DNA of 64,000 nucleotides from assembly GCA_951406725.2 (NCBI GenBank), contig OX597822.1, positions 74,152,001-74,216,000 on the forward strand, in the 5' to 3' direction. Of the stretch, positions 10,918-23,917 are shown piece by piece. The DNA comes from Octopus vulgaris (lineage: Eukaryota). The translations under genes were made by a program, and so were the position numbers. The notes below the pieces were generated by a model. That model saw only the letters and a program-made list of their open reading frames with translations, ran no database searches and was not told where the DNA came from. Position 1 is the stretch's first letter. Each line of letters starts with the position of its first letter.

Positions 10918-12693
10918 TCATTCCTGTTCACGGCGCAAACGGGAATCCGGATGGCCTCTGTGTAAGGACAAACCGAACACAGATAGGTGTTGCAAGGAGT
11001 GACCGGTGGAGCGGAAATGGCGTGAGACCGGTGTGTCGTTCGCAAGGTGGATGTCACGAAGGTGTTCCGCGAACCGGTCAGCCAAGCGGCGTCCCGTTTG
11101 TCCGATGTACAAGGAATTGCAGAGAGAGCAAGAGATGCAATAGATAATATTGCTGGAGGTGCAGGTGAAGGAGTGGATGATGGGATAGGGTCGATGGTGG
11201 GTGCTAGTGAGGCGGGTGGTGTTGGAGAGGTAAGGGCAAGTGCGGCAACGTGGGCGGGAGCAGGGGAACGAGCCGGGTTGGGAGGTAGGGTCAGGGAAGG
11301 AGCTATGGACCAAAAGGTCTCGAAAGTTGTGGGCTCGTTTGAAAGAGGGGAGGGGTCGGTTAGGGAAGAGGTGTGAAGTGGACGGGTCGGACTGGAGATG
11401 ACGGAAAGCTCGAAGAATGGTGCGTTGGAGACGTAGTGTCGTGGGGTGGTAAGTGAGGGGAAAAGGGAGGCGGGAGACTACAGGGCGGGTTCGGGGAGAG
11501 AGAGCAGATACACGGTCCACGGACCGTGCTCTGGCAAGGGCGGTGTGGATAGTGGTGAGGGGGTATCCACGTAGGGTGAAGTGGTGAGCCATACGTTGAG
11601 ACTGAGTCTCAAAGTCATGGTCGTCACTACAGAGCCTACGTAGACGGAGGAATTGGGAATAGGGGATGGAAAGCTTGGTGTGTTCTGGGTGGGAGGAAGA
11701 GAAGTTGAGGTATGAGTGTGAGTCTGTGTGTTTGTAGTGAATGGAGGTGGTAAGAGTGGAGTGAAGAATGCTAACCGAAATGTCGAGGAAGGAGACAGAG
11801 GTGTTGGAGATAGTGGAAGTGAAGTGGAGGGCTGGATGGAAAGATTGGACGAAAGAGAGGAAGGAATCTAGATGTTCGCGGGAGAGTGAGGTGGCACCGA
11901 TAATGTCGTCAATATAACGACCATATAGTTCAGGAGTGGGACCAGTGAAATTAGAGAATATTTGGGCCTCAACATAGCCAACGAACAGGTTCGCATAGTT
12001 GGGGCCCATTCGCGTTCCCATGGCCACTCCCGAGATCTGATGGTAGAACTCGCCCGCGAACGAGAAGCAGTTCAGAGTAAGGACAAGTTCGGCCAGACGA
12101 ATGAGTGTGGAGGTGTCAGGTACAGGGTTAGAGCGGAGGTCAAGAAAGTGTCGAAGGGCCTGCAGTCCTTCGTGGTGAGGGATAACAGTATAGAGGCTTT
12201 GGATGTCCATAGTAAAAAGGATTTTGGAGGAGCCGGGAGGAAAGGAGAAAGAGTTGAAAAGCCGGAGAGCATGGTTGGTATCGTGGATGTGGGAGGGAAG
12301 AGATGCCACTAGGGTGGCAAGGACACGGTCGAGGTATTTAGAGATGAGCTCCGTGGGGCAGTTACAGGCGGAGACGATGGGGCGGCCAGGGTTGTTGGGT
12401 TTGTGGATTTTGGGGAGGAAGTAAATGGTGGGGGTACGTGGGGTTCGCACAATTAGGTTGGATGCGGTGCGGGGGAGACGGGAGGACGAGATGAGGTCTT
12501 GGACAGTAGAGGATACCGTCTGTTGGTAGCTATGTGTGGGGTTAGAGGGCAGAGGGGAATAGAAGGAGGTGTCATTGAGTTGGCGGAAAGCCTCGGCCCT
12601 ATAGAGGTCCGCGCGCCACACCACTACAGCTCCACCCTTGTCAGCCGGTTTGATGATAATGTCAGCGCGCCGTTGGAGGGAACGAAGAGCCAA
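10918..12693 (-). CDS. Penelope-like reverse transcriptase / GIY-YIG endonuclease (N-terminally truncated; in-frame TGA near the C-terminus)
   Basis: IIIKPADKGG, LPKIHK, GRPIVS, DIQSLYT, GVAMGT, RYIDD, FLDI, CSRPRCRTC linker, IYCISC..LYIGQTGR..RFAEH. Confidence 0.93.
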   Translation of the reverse strand: MALRSLQRRADIIIKPADKGGAVVVWRADLYRAEAFRQLNDTSFYSPLPSNPTHSYQQTVSSTVQDLISSSRLPRTASNLIVRTPRTPTIYFLPKIHKPNNPGRPIVSACNCPTELISKYLDRVLATLVASLPSHIHDTNHALRLFNSFSFPPGSSKILFTMDIQSLYTVIPHHEGLQALRHFLDLRSNPVPDTSTLIRLAELVLTLNCFSFAGEFYHQISGVAMGTRMGPNYANLFVGYVEAQIFSNFTGPTPELYGRYIDDIIGATSLSREHLDSFLSFVQSFHPALHFTSTISNTSVSFLDISVSILHSTLTTSIHYKHTDSHSYLNFSSSHPEHTKLSIPYSQFLRLRRLCSDDHDFETQSQRMAHHFTLRGYPLTTIHTALARARSVDRVSALSPRTRPVVSRLPFPLTYHPTTLRLQRTILRAFRHLQSDPSTSHLFPNRPLPSFKRAHNFRDLLVHSSFPDPTSQPGSFPCSRPRCRTCPYLSNTTRLTSTHHRPYPIIHSFTCTSSNIIYCISCSLCNSLYIGQTGRRLADRFAEHLRDIHLANDTPVSRHFRSTGHSLQHLSVFGLSLHRGHPDSRLRREQE

Positions 12694-12696
12694 GAG

Positions 12697-12762
<66 letters not shown>

Positions 12763-12912
12763 TTATGAGAGGTAGAGAGGTAATGATGTCATTGAGGCCC
12801 AAAGGTGTCAGGTAATGCTAATAAGTCCTATAGAAGGACCGCCGTTAAGTAAGTTTCAGGTTCGGTGATTATGCGAATAAGGGGTTCAACGTTGGTCATA
12901 TGGCAACGTGTG

Positions 12913-13048
12913 TATATAAAAATTATATTTCGTAAAGAGATAAAAAACCAAGGCTGTGTAGATTTTAGAACATTTATAGATAGAAGGTCTATCATTAAAT
13001 GTTCTAAATTCTACACAGCCTTGGTTTTTATCTCATTACGAAAAAAAA
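12913..13048. repeat. Imperfect palindrome, ~65-bp arms
   Basis: cgtaaagagataaaaaaccaaggctgtgtagattttagaacattta pairs with taaatgttctaaattctacacagccttggtttttatctcattacg. Confidence 0.85.
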
Positions 13049-13066
13049 TTATTTATATGTATATAT

Positions 13067-13470
13067 AGGCGCAGGAGTGGCTGTGTGGTAAGTAGCTTGC
13101 TAACCAACCACATGGTTCCGGGTTCAGTCCCACTGCGTGGCATCTTGGGCAAGTGTCTTCTGCTATAGCCCCGGGCTGACCAATGCCTTGTGAGTGGATT
13201 TGGTAGACGGAAACTGAAATAAGCCTGTCGTATATATGTATATATATATATATGTGTGTGTTTGTGTGTCTGTGTTTGTCCCCCTAGCATTGCTTGACAA
13301 CCGATGCTGGTGTGTTTACATCCCCGTCACTTAGCGGTTCGGCAAAAGAGACCGATAGAATAAGTACTGGGCTTACAAAGAATAAGTCCCGGGGTCGATT
13401 TGCTCGACTAAAAGGTGGTGCTCCAGCATGGCCGCAGTCAAATGACTGAAACAAGTAAAAGAGTAAAGAG
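13067..13470 (+). mobile_element. SINE family B, full-length (tRNA head, CORE-like body, internal (TA)n(TG)n, AAAAGAGT tail repeats)
   Basis: A box TGGCTGTGTGG, B box GGTTCAGTCCC, CTTGGGCAAGTGTCTT core; about 20 copies in the window. Confidence 0.9.
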
Positions 13471-13999
13471 TAAGATATATATATATATAAAGGTAAAGAA
13501 TATTTGCCAACATAATGTGGCAAACCTGGATAGGACGGATGTTACCCTTGTTTCGTCCCTGTTGTTATGTGACGAAGGTACCTATAAGCTATATAAAACC
13601 ATGGAAAAATTGAATTGTTACTAATTGTGAGTGAGGGTGCCGGGTGTATATAAATTAATATTCAGTGATAACTTTGCAGTGTGATTTCGAAAGCTCCTCA
13701 CCAGGTATCGCCAAATAAATGTTCTCGTACAGTAGGACTCTGGTTGGTAGATATACATGTGGAAATCTGCAAATGTTCGTATGGTTTAAGCAAAAAGAAA
13801 TTTATACGAGGCGGGTTGAATAGTCTTTATTATAAATCACTGTAATTGTTTCAATACCATAAAAAACTGATTTGTTACTGGAATCGTCGTACCGATATTG
13901 GACTGATATGCAGCAGGGAATATGATGGAATAACGGAAATAATTCTAATAATCTAAGACCATATTATTTAATGTCTTTCAAAAAAGAAAAAAAATGGAA

Positions 14000-14310
14000 T
14001 GGAGTGGCTGTGTGGTAAGTAGCTTACTTACCAACCACATGGTTCCGGGTTCAGTCCCACTGCATTTAACATATATGTATGTATGTATGTGTGTGTATAT
14101 GATTGTGTGTCTGTGTTTGTCCCTCCAACATCGCTTGACAACCAGTGGTGGTGTGTTTACGTCCCCGTAACTTTGCGGTTCGGTAAAAGAGACCGATCGA
14201 ATAAGTACTAGGCTTACAAAGAATAAGTTCTGGGGTCGATTTGCTCGACTAAAGGCGGTACTCCAGCATGGCCACAGTCAAATGACTGAAACAAGTAAAA
14301 GTAAAAGAGT
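14000..14310 (+). mobile_element. SINE family B with internal deletion
   Basis: Head and tail match 13067-13470. Confidence 0.85.
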
Positions 14311-14788
14311 GCATGGGATGTTATATTGATTTCGCTGTTATTTCTAGCAAATCCAGAGACCATATAAATGTTTTCACATTGGCTGTAAGGAAGATATTGA
14401 TGTTCTTCTTGTTATTCTTGTTGGTTGTTGTAGCAAGGAGATGGAGCAAAAGAATGAGTGAAGGAAAGGGTAGTGACACTGGTGAAAGGGGTGGGGTGTT
14501 CTTAAGTGTGTGTGGGGGGAGTAGGGGAGAGGGAAGAGTGTAGAGGTTAAGAATCTAACAAATCTCTGACAAATTCAACAACATCCTTTTCACCCTTCTT
14601 TGCACTTTGGAGTCACCGGCCATAAAAATTCTGATACCCTTCCACACTACCACCGTCCTTCCCCCACTATCACCCATATCACACCACGCACACCTCCACT
14701 ACAACCACAACTGCCACTACCACCACTACCACTACCACTACCACTACTATCATCACAATCGTCGTAATTAATCGCAGCAATGCGATTT

Positions 14789-15151
14789 AAGGCGGCGAGC
14801 TGGCAGAAACGTTAGCACGCCGGGCGAAATGCGTAGCCTTTCATCCTTTCGGGGTCGATAAATTAAGTACCAGTAACGCACTGAGGTCAATATAATCGAC
14901 TTTATCCGTTTGTCTGTCCTTGTTTGACCTCTCTGCGTTTAGCCCCTTGTGGGTAGTAAAGAAATAGGTATTTCGTTTGCCGTTACATTCTGAATTCAAA
15001 TTCCGTCGAGGTCGACTTTGCCTTTCATCCATTCGGGGTCGATTTATTAAGTACCAGTTACGCACTGGGGTCGATGTAATCGACTTAATCTATTTGTCTG
15101 TCCTTGTTTGTCCCCTCTATGTTTAGCCCCTTGTGGGCAATAAAGAAATAA
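14789..15151 (+). mobile_element. SINE family A dimer
   Basis: AAGGCGGCGAGCTGGCAGAAAC head; body repeated; AATAAAGAAATAA tail. Confidence 0.85.
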
Positions 15152-15319
15152 GCTCCATTCTTTCCGATACTTAATATATTAAACTTCAAATTTCAGCACT
15201 AAGGCACGGATTTTATGCACTATGGTCGTAACTTCAACCGTGCTTTTTCTGTTGTGAGTTTGCTACCCAGGTATCGGTTATCTTTCGAATTATCCGTAAT
15301 AAGATAATTCATTTGTCTA

Positions 15320-15429
<110 letters not shown>

Positions 15430-15445
15430 AAGAGATAGACAGACT

Positions 15446-15495
<50 letters not shown>

Positions 15496-15504
15496 CTCAT
15501 ATAG

Positions 15505-15825
15505 CTGGCACTCCGTCAGTTACGACGACGAGTATTCCAGCTGATCCGATCAACAGAACAGCCTGCTCGTGAAATTCATATGCAAGCGGCTGAGCACTCC
15601 ACAGACATGTGTACACTTAATGAAGTTTCCAGGGCGATTCAACGTGACACAGAGTGTGACAAGACTGGCCCTTTGAAATACAGGTACTGCTCATTTTTAC
15701 CTGTCGAGTGGACTGGGGCAACACGAAATATAGTGTCTTGCCCAATGACAAAACGCGCCGCCGGGAATCGAACTCACGATCTTACGATCATGAATTGAAT
15801 ACCTTAATCACTATGCCACGCGCCA
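15505..15825 (-). mobile_element. tRNA-derived SINE (family C-related)
   Basis: Minus-strand head GGCGCGTGGCATAGTG..GAGTTCGATTCCCGG; body matches 59498-59822. Confidence 0.75.
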
Positions 15826-15855
15826 TCACAAAAACACACACACACACACACACAC

Positions 15856-16243
15856 TTTACACTTTTACTTGTTTCAGTCATTTGACTGCGGCCATGCTGG
15901 AGCACCGCCTTTAGTCGAGCAAATCGACCCCAGGACTTATTCTTTGTAAGCCCAGTACTTATTCTATCGGTGTCTTTTGCCGAACCGCTAAGTTACAGGG
16001 ACGTAAACACACCAGCATCGGTTGTCAAGCGATGCTGGGGGTGGGACAAACACAGACACACACACACATATATATATATACATATATACGACGGGCTTCT
16101 TTCAGTTTCCGTCTACCAAATCCACTCACAAGGCTTTGGTCGGTCCGAGGCTATAGTAGAAGACACTTGCCCAAGATGCAACGCAGTGGGACTGAACCCG
16201 GAACCATGTGGTTGGTAAGCAAGCTACTTACCACACAGCCACT

Positions 16244-16246
<3 letters not shown>
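15856..16246 (-). mobile_element. SINE family B
   Basis: Near-identical reverse complement of 13067-13470. Confidence 0.9.
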
Positions 16247-16308
<62 letters not shown>

Positions 16309-16622
16309 ATACGATTATAAACACTAAGACAAAGAAATACAGGATATAGCAAATAAATTATGTGTGCAAATGTTCGAATGAAGTATTATGAATGTGATGG
16401 AGTGTGTGGTGCTGGCGATGGCGAAGGTACGAAGAATGATGTAGTAGACATTTCGTAGGCGCAAATAATGCAGTTCTATGCGAGACAACGCATACTTGCC
16501 TTCTACCCAGCCATTGATCCTACATATTCATCTCACTATGAATTCCTTTTCCACTTATCAAACCCTTTCTCACTCAATACCCTCTCAAATGCCAACTTCC
16601 GCTGCCAAATACTGAAATTCGT

Positions 16623-16669
<47 letters not shown>

Positions 16670-17724
16670 TGTTGTTGTTGCTTTGTTGGAGGTTTTGATG
16701 AGGGTTTCACTTATTGCTGTTTAGAGGTTCCAAATCAACCATATTTAATCAAGAACACATTGATCAATGTGACCTCTTTTTTTAAGATTGCTACGTGTGA
16801 GTTAAGGAAATTTAGTTGCTATTTCTAGCATATCTACTGACCACAGAAGATCTAACTGTTTTTGTTGTTGTTGTTAATCTTTTAGTCAGGAGGAAAGACC
16901 TTGCACGTAACCCCTTTTCCAAGGTCACCGAAACTGCTAGGAGAGAGAGAGAGAGAATGTTATCCTTTGACCTGAAACCTGGAAATGCTTGCAAGAGAGT
17001 GGACCCTACTAAAGACACTCAATGTAATCAAGTGGTGGTGTTAAAAATGGTGACATATACACGGTGCGGCAGAAATACCTTCCACATTCAAAACTTTCAC
17101 CTATGTCTTGCTAATGAACTTGTCTAAGTGCCAATGATGTTTTTATTTAGCTAATGAAAAACAAAAACTGTAACCCTTTGTTTAAACAACAGCAGAATTA
17201 ATTTTTCATAAATATTGTTTCTTTTTCCTTTTGTCAACCTTTCAAATGTGGGAGGTATTTCTGCTGCACCCTGTATAACTTATAATCCAAATAGGCCACG
17301 CCAGGATTTGAACTCGGAACACAAAAAGAACCGGCAAAAATGCTCCGATATTCTTACTGTTTTACTAATCTACCGCGCTTCGATTGATCCCTGCTAGAAA
17401 TAACACCTAAATCTCCACAGAATAATATTGTACAGGCTTTAAAAGAATGATATATTAATGTAGGCCAATATGCATTGGATCCGGATCAAGATGAGATGGT
17501 CACCACTTGAATGTCTTTGGTTATTGGTTTGCTGGACTAGACCTGCCTAGGGTTGAACAACAATAACCTTAACATCAAGTTAATGACTTCATATTTTGGC
17601 CCATGGCTAGCAATTTTAGGGGTAAGTTGATTACATTGACCTTAGTACTTATTTTATCGACCCTGGAAGGGATGAAAGGCTAAACCGATGTCGCCAGGAT
17701 TTGAATTCAGAATATAGAGGCTCA

Positions 17725-17943
17725 AAAGAATTTTGGCACAAGGCCAGCAATTTTCGGGGGTGGGAGCTAGTCGATTACATCGACCCCAGTGCTCCATTGA
17801 TACTTATTTTATCAACCCCGAAAGGATAGAAGACCAAGCCGACCTCGACGGAATTTGAACTCAGAAAACAGAAACTAAAGACGGTCGAAATGCCGCTAAG
17901 CATTTTTTCCGACACGCTAATGATTCTACCAGTTTGCCGCCTT
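17725..17943 (-). mobile_element. SINE family A
   Basis: Reverse complement of the family A head and body. Confidence 0.75.
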
Positions 17944-18714
17944 AACTATAACTTAATAATAATAGTATAAATGTATGTGTGTATAGGAGAGTGCGAGAGA
18001 GAGAGAGGGGGGAGAGAGAGAGAGAGAAAGGAAGAAATAGAAAGATGTGATGGGCATTGTATTGATTATGTTCGTACTGATGATCGTGGGGCGTGGTAGG
18101 TGTTAGTGATGCCGCTGTTTGCTTCGTTGTCAGATCTGATCCAACAGGCTTTTTAGTCAAAGATCATCTAGCTATGTACAGCTTGTCTTTTTATATACCC
18201 GGGACAACGTTATCGCAAGTGAAGGCGGGAGACCTAGTAATTGGAGTTGCATTTACGGTCGGAAGATCGCGGTTTCTATTCCCGGATCCGGAAGTGCGTT
18301 GTGCTCTTCAACCAAAATACTTCATTTCACGTTTCTTCAGTTTACTCATCAATAGATGCAGAATCCTAAGACGGACTGGCATTCCGTGACAGACGGATGT
18401 TGTGACCTTGTCACTTATATGCAGCGCTGGATTTGAGCGCTTTATTGAGCGAAATAAGACATTAAGTATACTACTTAAGCCATTAAGTATAGTGGGGCAC
18501 CACAAAAAACGGTAGATGGTTTACGGCACAAACTTTAAACTTGTTAAAATAATATTCGGGGTGCTTAATCTCTACTTTGAATAGAAACAGATGTATTATG
18601 TAAGATTAGTATCAAGAATCTTATCAAAGACTTAACAATTGAAAAACAAAAATAGAGGAAAACATGTCAAATATAATAAAGTAGAAGAATACAAAAAGAA
18701 ACATTATTTTCCAT

Positions 18715-19122
18715 CTTTCGTCACTACGTTCTGAGTTCAAATCACGCCGAGGTCGACTCTGCCTTTCATTCTTTCGGAGTCGTTAAATTAAGTACCAGCT
18801 GAGTACTGGGGTCGATGTAATCGACTATACCCCTCGCCCAAATTTCAGACTTTTTACCTATAGTAGAAAGGATTATATTCCATCTTACTCTTAGTTTGGT
18901 TTCATTTTTACTCTTTTACTTGTTTCAGTGATGTGATTGTGGCCATGCTGGAGCACCGCCTTTAGTCGAGCATATCGACCCCAGGACTTATTCTTTGTAA
19001 GCCTAGGACTTATTCTATCGGTGTCTTTTGCCGAACCGCTAAGTTACGGGGGCGTAAACACACCAGCATCGGTTGTCAAGCGATGCTGGCGGGGAGGGAC
19101 AAACACAGACACACAAACATAT

Positions 19123-19165
<43 letters not shown>

Positions 19166-19335
19166 TATATACGACGGGCTTCTTTCAGTTTCCCTCTACC
19201 AAATCCACTGACAAGGCTTTGGTCGCCCGAGGCTATAGTAGAAGACACTCGCCCAAGGTGCTACGCAGTGGGACTGAACCTGGAACCATGTGGTTCGTAA
19301 GCAAGCTACTTACCACACAGCCACTCTTACACCTA
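18715..19335. mobile_element. Partial SINE A (+, 18715-18880) and SINE B (-, 18905-19335)
   Basis: Matches to the other copies. Confidence 0.8.
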
Positions 19336-20324
19336 TTTTGGAAAATAAAAATTTGTTTTATGGTATATTGTTGTTTATATTTTGAATTACATATATAAGG
19401 AGGCACCAAAACCCTTCAAGTGCTTAGGGCCTTAATTCGGCCCTGCTGAAGCCCAGTAACTGGCCCTATGATTCCTGAGACCTGAGATAATACATATTTA
19501 CTTATGTTATCCCAAGCGTCCTGAAATTTAGCTGTTATTTCTAACAGGTCGAACGAGCGCATAGGTAGTCCCTTCTAGTCAAATGTTACCGGGGAATGAT
19601 GTGTACCGTGAAGAATTTATAAAAGGGTGCAATAAAAGGGGAGAGCAGAAATGAGGAATATGTAACGGCCGGATATTCATGATGATGAGAAGGAAGAGGG
19701 TGACGTGGTGGGGGGCGGTGGGTGATTGTGCCTGGTGGTGGTGATGGTGTTGTTGTTGGTGGTGGTGATGGTGTTGATGGAGGTGGTGGTGGTGGTGGTG
19801 TTAACGCAAAGAATGTATTTTGATGGGTTCAGTTAATAGATGGGAAAATGAAAATGAAAAATCTTCAGGTATGAATAGGGGACAGGTTATGATGAGGATG
19901 AGGATGAGGAGGACAAGGATGGGGAGCACGAAGAGGATGATGGTTGTAGAGCCCGAAAAGTTATGAAGAGGCAGTGTAAGACAGGATGTGTACAAGTAGT
20001 AGGATGCATAAGGGAGGTGAGGGGCGCAGGTATGGAAGAAGTAGAATGTGAAGAGATAAGTTTGTCAGGTTATTTGTTGGACTGTAGGATTTTGTGTTAG
20101 GGAGGAAAAACCTCTACATGGTCCTCGTGCTTGCTAGAAATAGCAACCAAATCCCCATATGTCGCTTTTTTTTAAAGAAACGAAAGGAAACGTTGAATAA
20201 CAGTCCTAGATACAGTGCCTAAAATGCAGACGGGTTGATCACGGTTGGAATGCTTTTGATCATAGGTCTACTCATTCAGGGCCCCTCTCAGTGGAGGACT
20301 AAAAAGCAACCATAAATGTGATAG

Positions 20325-20690
20325 TGGAGGCGCGTGGCTTAGTGGTTAAGATAGACTCATGATCATAAGATTGTGGTTTCAAATCCTGGACTGGACAATG
20401 CATTGTGTTCTTAAGCAAAACACTTCATTTCACATTGCTGTGGAGATCCATAGCTTAGTGGTTAGGGTGTTGGACCCATGATTGTAAGATTGTGGTTTCG
20501 ATTCCTGGACCGGGCAATACGTTGTGTTCTTGAGCAAGACACTTCTTTCACGTTGCTCCCGTCCACACAGCTGGCAAAACTGAGTAATCCTGCGATTGAC
20601 CGGGGTCCCGTCCAGTGGGGGATTATATATGCCATGAAAACCGGGAAACCGGTCCTATGGTTCTATATGGCTCGTGAAGGAACTTTACTT
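20325..20690 (+). mobile_element. SINE family C with duplicated head
   Basis: GCTTAGTGGTTA..AAGATTGTGGTTTC..TCCTGGAC..TTGTGTTCTT(A/G)AGCAA occurs twice. Confidence 0.7.
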
Positions 20691-20981
20691 ACTCCCATAA
20701 ACGTGATATATGTAAATATACGAAGGGGTGCTGAAAAGTTCTTGGCTTTAAAGATATCGTGAAAGGCCTGGCTAGAGGCCCAACCTTCTGAATTCTTTTA
20801 CAGAGAAAATTGAAAGAAAAACCGAAGGACTGCTGCAATACGTGTCTGCGTCTATTCGTGACCCCATGGACACAAAAACAGTTAACTAAAACATGGTTCA
20901 CGTTACCAAGCCATACTCGATTGCGAGTGATAACTGTAGTTTAGTGATGACTGGTAGTAGTGAAGTAGACACCATTTAACT

Positions 20982-21660
20982 CAATGGTTTTCATCCGGGG
21001 CGCATATGATCCTTCGGGGTTCATATAAGATTTTGCAGTTGAAATTTTATTTGCAATAAATTGCTCATACTTCTACAATACACTAAATATTTCTTAAGAA
21101 TTTTTTAATACAATTCCTCATAAAATATAATTATAATAAAAAGAAATCGTTGAAAGGCGGCGAGTTGGCAGAAACGTTAGCACGCCGGTGGAAATGCGTA
21201 GCCGTATTTCGTCTGCCGTTACGTTCTGAGATCATATTCCGCCGTGGTCGACTTTGCCTTTCATCCTTTCGGGGTTAATTAAATAAGTACCAGTTACGCA
21301 CTGAGGTCGATATAATCGACTTAATCCGTTTGTCTGTCCTTGTTTGTCCTCTCTGTGTTTAGCGCCTTGTGGGTAGTAAAGAAATAGGTATTTCGTCTGC
21401 CGCTACGTTCTGAGTTCAAATTCCGCCGAGGTCGACTTTGCCTTTCATCCATTCGGGGTCGATAAATTGAGTACCACTTATACACTGGGGTCGATGTAAT
21501 TGACTTAATCCCTTTGTCTGTCCTTGTTTGTCCCCTCTGTGTTTAGCCTCTTGTGGGCAATAAAGAAATAAGAAATCGTTGAATGGTTATGAGGGTCCCG
21601 CAGAGTAAAATAGAATCAAAGAGATCCATGGACAAAAAATGGCTGAGTACCATCGAATTT
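20982..21660. mobile_element. Degenerate hAT-like MITE interrupted by a SINE A dimer (21154-21570)
   Basis: Ends CAATGGTTTTCATCC and GGCTGAGTACCATCG resemble CAGTGGTTCTCAACC-type TIRs. The SINE has TSD aagaaatcgttgaa (21141 and 21570). Confidence 0.55.
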
Positions 21661-22177
21661 AGAGAAAGCAACATGTAACCAAGTTTCTTTTATTATAGCT
21701 ATGGTCCGATCAAGCCTCGTTTGTGAAACGGAAGAGATGGAAGATGTACGGAGATCCGTTGGGTATATTTTAGTTGTAAGTCAAAGGGTCTAATTTTAAT
21801 CACATACAGCATCACACTGATCTTACCTGATGATCACGTTAAAGATAATATCTATGGAACACTCAGCCACCTACATGGTAATACAACGAGCAGATCATTT
21901 ATTTTATTTGACATAAGGCTCATTGAGTGAAATTCTAGCCGAAAGCTATTATATTTTATTTTGTGAAGTTGACTGATGGATAAATCTGCGCCCAACTTGA
22001 GTTGAAAGTCTCTTTTCTCTCCGATGAACAAAGACTCAGTCCTGCAACGTCAAATTACTCTTCTTCTCTATATTATACAGACTGATCCAAATTTCTTTGT
22101 GTCATTTTTATCGATGTAGAACTCTACTTTTACGTGGCACTTTTTTTTTTTTTTGTTAATAATTGAGGGTTATAGAC

Positions 22178-22726
22178 ACAGGCATGGCTGTGTGGCTCAG
22201 AAGCTCGCTTTGCAGCCAGCTGTTTCGCGTTTAGTCCCACTGTGTGATACCTTGGGGCAAGTGTCTTCTGCTATAACTCCAAGTGAACCAATGTTTTGTG
22301 AGTGAATTTGCTAGACGAAAACTGTGTAGAAGCCAGTCGTATACGTGTGTGTGTATATGTGTATACACACGCACACATATATACACATGCTGAGACCCCC
22401 TTCGGGCATGAATGACCATGGGATTGCACCTAGAAAGTTACCTTCCCAGGCACAAGTCCGAGGAAGGTTGTTTATAGAAGACCAGCAGTCGCCCATGCAT
22501 ACAGGCCTCCCCTCTCCACGCCACTGATGTTATCCAAGAGCAAGGCAAAGGGGCCGATACAGCCTGGCACCTGTGACGTCGCAACTCATTTCTACAGCTG
22601 AGTGAACTGGAGGAACGTGAAATAAAGTTTCTTGCTCAAGAACACAACACGCGGCCCGGTCCGGGATTCAAACTCACAACCTCACGATCGTAAGCTCGAC
22701 GCTCTAGCCACTGAGCCATGCGCCTT

Positions 22727-22727
<1 letters not shown>
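22178..22727. mobile_element. SINE B head (+, 22178-22345) and a tRNA-headed SINE (-, 22390-22727)
   Basis: Minus-strand head GGCGCATGGCTCAGTGGCTAGAGCG..GAGTTTGAATCCCGG. Confidence 0.7.
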
Positions 22728-22775
<48 letters not shown>

Positions 22776-22935
22776 CATATATATATATATATATATATAT
22801 TTATACACACTTTATTTAAAGCAGTAGAAAATTCAATTGTTGAATTTTCTGCTGCTTTAAATAAAGCATATTACTCTACCACTGGTATTTGAGTACTCTT
22901 TTTTCCACCTTGTTTCACATTTATGTGTTTACTCC

Positions 22936-23016
<81 letters not shown>

Positions 23017-23917
23017 ATGCATATACATATACACATATACATAGATATATATTTTTTATTTTATTCTTTTACTTGTTTCAGTCATTTGTCTGCAGCCATG
23101 CTGGAGTATCGCCTTATATACATCTATACACGTGTGGGCTTTGTAGTTGTCCTACCACACCACTTAACAACCGGCGTTGGTTTGTTTACGTCTAATGGAG
23201 TAAAGAAACCTACCAACCACTCAGAAATATAACATGGCAACCTAGACGACCCAGAAATTGACTATCCAGCTGTGCATGGAACACTACCATCCAAAAATTA
23301 CAGAGAACAGAAACAGTCATACGTACTCAAAAATGTTTCTGATTTTGGTATTTTGGTACATGGTCAGCGATTCTCAGGGGAGTGGTCAGTCGATTAAATC
23401 GACCCCCAGTGTTTGAACGGTACTAAGTTTTTTGACCACGAAAGGATGAAAAGCAAAGTTGACTTTGTCGTAATTTCAAACCTGAGCGTAAACAGCCAGA
23501 ACGCAATACGTGTCTGCGTCTATTCGTGACCCATAGACACAGTTGTCACTCGCAACCGAGTATGGCTTGGTAACATGTACCATGTTTTAGTCAACTTGTC
23601 CGAGACGCTAACGGTTATGCCAGCTTCCCACCGTCGCTACTACTACTCCCAAGTCGGGTTTCGTTAATGTCATACCATGTGCCATTTTTCTATGATTTTC
23701 TTTTATTTGACCTGGATAATCTAAATTTTTGTTGCATTTCTGATGTTCTTGGTGTCTAAGGATGAATATTGATGTATATGATTTTTTTTCAGATGTCATT
23801 CTAGAGAGCTGAAGAGCCAAATTTACCTTATTTTGTCATACTCAATTGCCTTTTGTATGTTCCAAGAGAACGGAGATAATTTTCTGAAGTAGTATTCTGA
23901 ATGATATTTTTAGATTT

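Larger units (their letters stand above)
9873..12699 (-). mobile_element. Penelope-like retroelement 1 (EN+, Neptune-like linker), 5'-truncated, inserted in (TA)n
   Basis: RT + GIY-YIG ORF, about 1 kb 3'UTR, 3' hammerhead-like motif; (TA)n at 9853-9872 and 12699-12760. Confidence 0.9.

Noticed and set aside
10506-11376. Pro/Ser-rich, Gly/Glu-rich and antisense ORFs around PLE 1
   Set aside because: Shadow frames of the C-rich PLE coding strand and its polypurine tract.
13036-13523. Recurrent peptides such as [24 protein letters not shown] in many ORFs
   Set aside because: Antisense translation of SINE family B, not a gene family.
18422-19445. Possible CAGGGCCGGATT-type MITE ends
   Set aside because: Only short degenerate ends and no TSD.
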